DNA from: Octopus vulgaris
Lineage: Eukaryota
Assembly (NCBI GenBank): GCA_951406725.2
Contig: OX597833.1
Location: 51,150,001 to 51,214,000 of the forward strand
Reading direction: 5' to 3'
Length of the DNA: 64,000 nt
This document shows, one piece after another, positions 62,764 to 64,000 of the stretch. A model generated the notes under the pieces. The model saw only the letters and a list, made by a program, of their open reading frames with translations. It had not been told where the DNA came from and made no database searches. A program made the position numbers and the translations under genes. Each line of letters opens with the position of its first letter. The stretch's first letter is position 1.

Positions 62764-63195
62764 TTACTCTTTACTCGTTTCAGTCATTTGACTGAGGCCA
62801 TGCTGGAGCACCGCCTTTTGTCGAGCAAATCGACTCCAGGACTTATTCTTTGTAAGCCTAGTACTTATTTTATCGGTCTCTTTTGCCGAACCGCTAAGTA
62901 ATGGGGACGTAAACACACTACCATCGGTTGTCAAGTGATGTTGGGGGACGAATTCAGATACACAAACATACACACAATCACACACACACACACACATACA
63001 CACACACACAGATATATATATATATATATATACATATATACGACAGGCTTCTCTCAGTCCCCGTCTACTAAATCCACTCACAAAGCTTTGGTCGGCCCGA
63101 TTCTATAGTATAATTCACTTGCCCAAGGTACCACGCATTGGGACTGAACCCGTAACCTTGTGGTTTGTAAGCAAGCTACTTACCACACAGCCACT
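62764..63195 (-). mobile_element. SINE A, near full length; 3' fragment on the plus strand at about 63400-63460
   Basis: Family match. Confidence 0.92.
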
Positions 63196-64000
63196 ATGCA
63201 TGTATTGTAATTTTTCCCTATATCGAGAGTCGATAACCTGAACGATAATCCGACCTTCATTTACCTAAGGTATACTCGGCCTGATGAGCAGCTAGTACAG
63301 TTTCCCTCTTTGAGAAATTACTACTTCCGAGGCTCTGTTTGGTAGAAACATATGTAGCCTGGATTTCACCTGCTCTATTTTGATATGTGCTCCATCATCA
63401 TGGTGGTGCTCCAGCGTGACCCCAGCTACCTGGCTGAAACACATAAAAGAATAAAAGAATATATACATATATAAATATATATATATATGTATGTATACAT
63501 CAATATTTATATATATATATCATATAATATTATATTATGTTTATCATATATGTTTATATATGCCTGTTTGTAGGTAGGTAGGTAGGTAGGTAGGTAGTAG
63601 GTATGTATGTATGTAGGTAGGTAGGTAGGTAGGTAGGTAGGTAGGTAGGTAGGTAGGTAGGTAGGTATATGTAATTGAGAATCCTTCGTTCGAAATAATT
63701 GGGACTTAGTGTTTCAGATTTCAGATTTCAGGTTTCGGATTTTAGATTTTATACATGCATCGATAAAATATGACAACTTGGCTGGAACACATTATCCTTT
63801 TCCATTTCTTAAAACAACTTCTACATATACTTCGGAAGTTGTTTTATAAAAGTTTGGCGTACATCCAGGTTTCGAAAGGCATGTAAGTTTTACTTTGGAC
63901 ATGTTTAACTTATCGCCAAATAAATCATCCAAGAGATCCGCTTTCATCCCAGTTTGCAACACATCACTTTACACGCGTTTACGCTTTTCTGTTAAGATCG

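Overview
Eukaryotic, AT-rich, repeat-dense non-coding DNA, most likely an intergenic or large-intron region of an Octopus (coleoid cephalopod) genome. The organism call rests on the extreme (TA)n/(CA)n/(GATA)n/(AAT)n load and on tRNA-derived SINE families resembling the octopus OK/OR1/OR2 SINEs; family names are recalled, not searched. No host protein-coding gene, rRNA, true tRNA or CRISPR array can be supported, and almost all ORFs in the track are translated microsatellites or SINEs. Supported content: about 45 SINE copies or fragments in four working families (A-D) with interchangeable tails, a decayed RTE-clade LINE 3' end (42441-43061), an (AAT)n-inserted retroposon fragment (2332-2878), a Tc2/pogo-like MITE (26679-27199) and a probable non-autonomous Helitron (55596-56026). 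The main signal is a set of short, mostly (TA)n-associated, often fold-back islands that look like Penelope-like element (PLE) termini. Five carry readable minimal type I hammerhead ribozyme folds with divergent cores, including the C3-G8 to U3-A8 covariation. Two lead into the same conserved, unannotated ORF N-terminus (MTxPxxNxICFNTRxHIKNLAxQI). PLE hammerheads are known in general; the local diversity, fold-back form and peptide are what merit follow-up. Coordinates were read by eye and may be off by a few bases.
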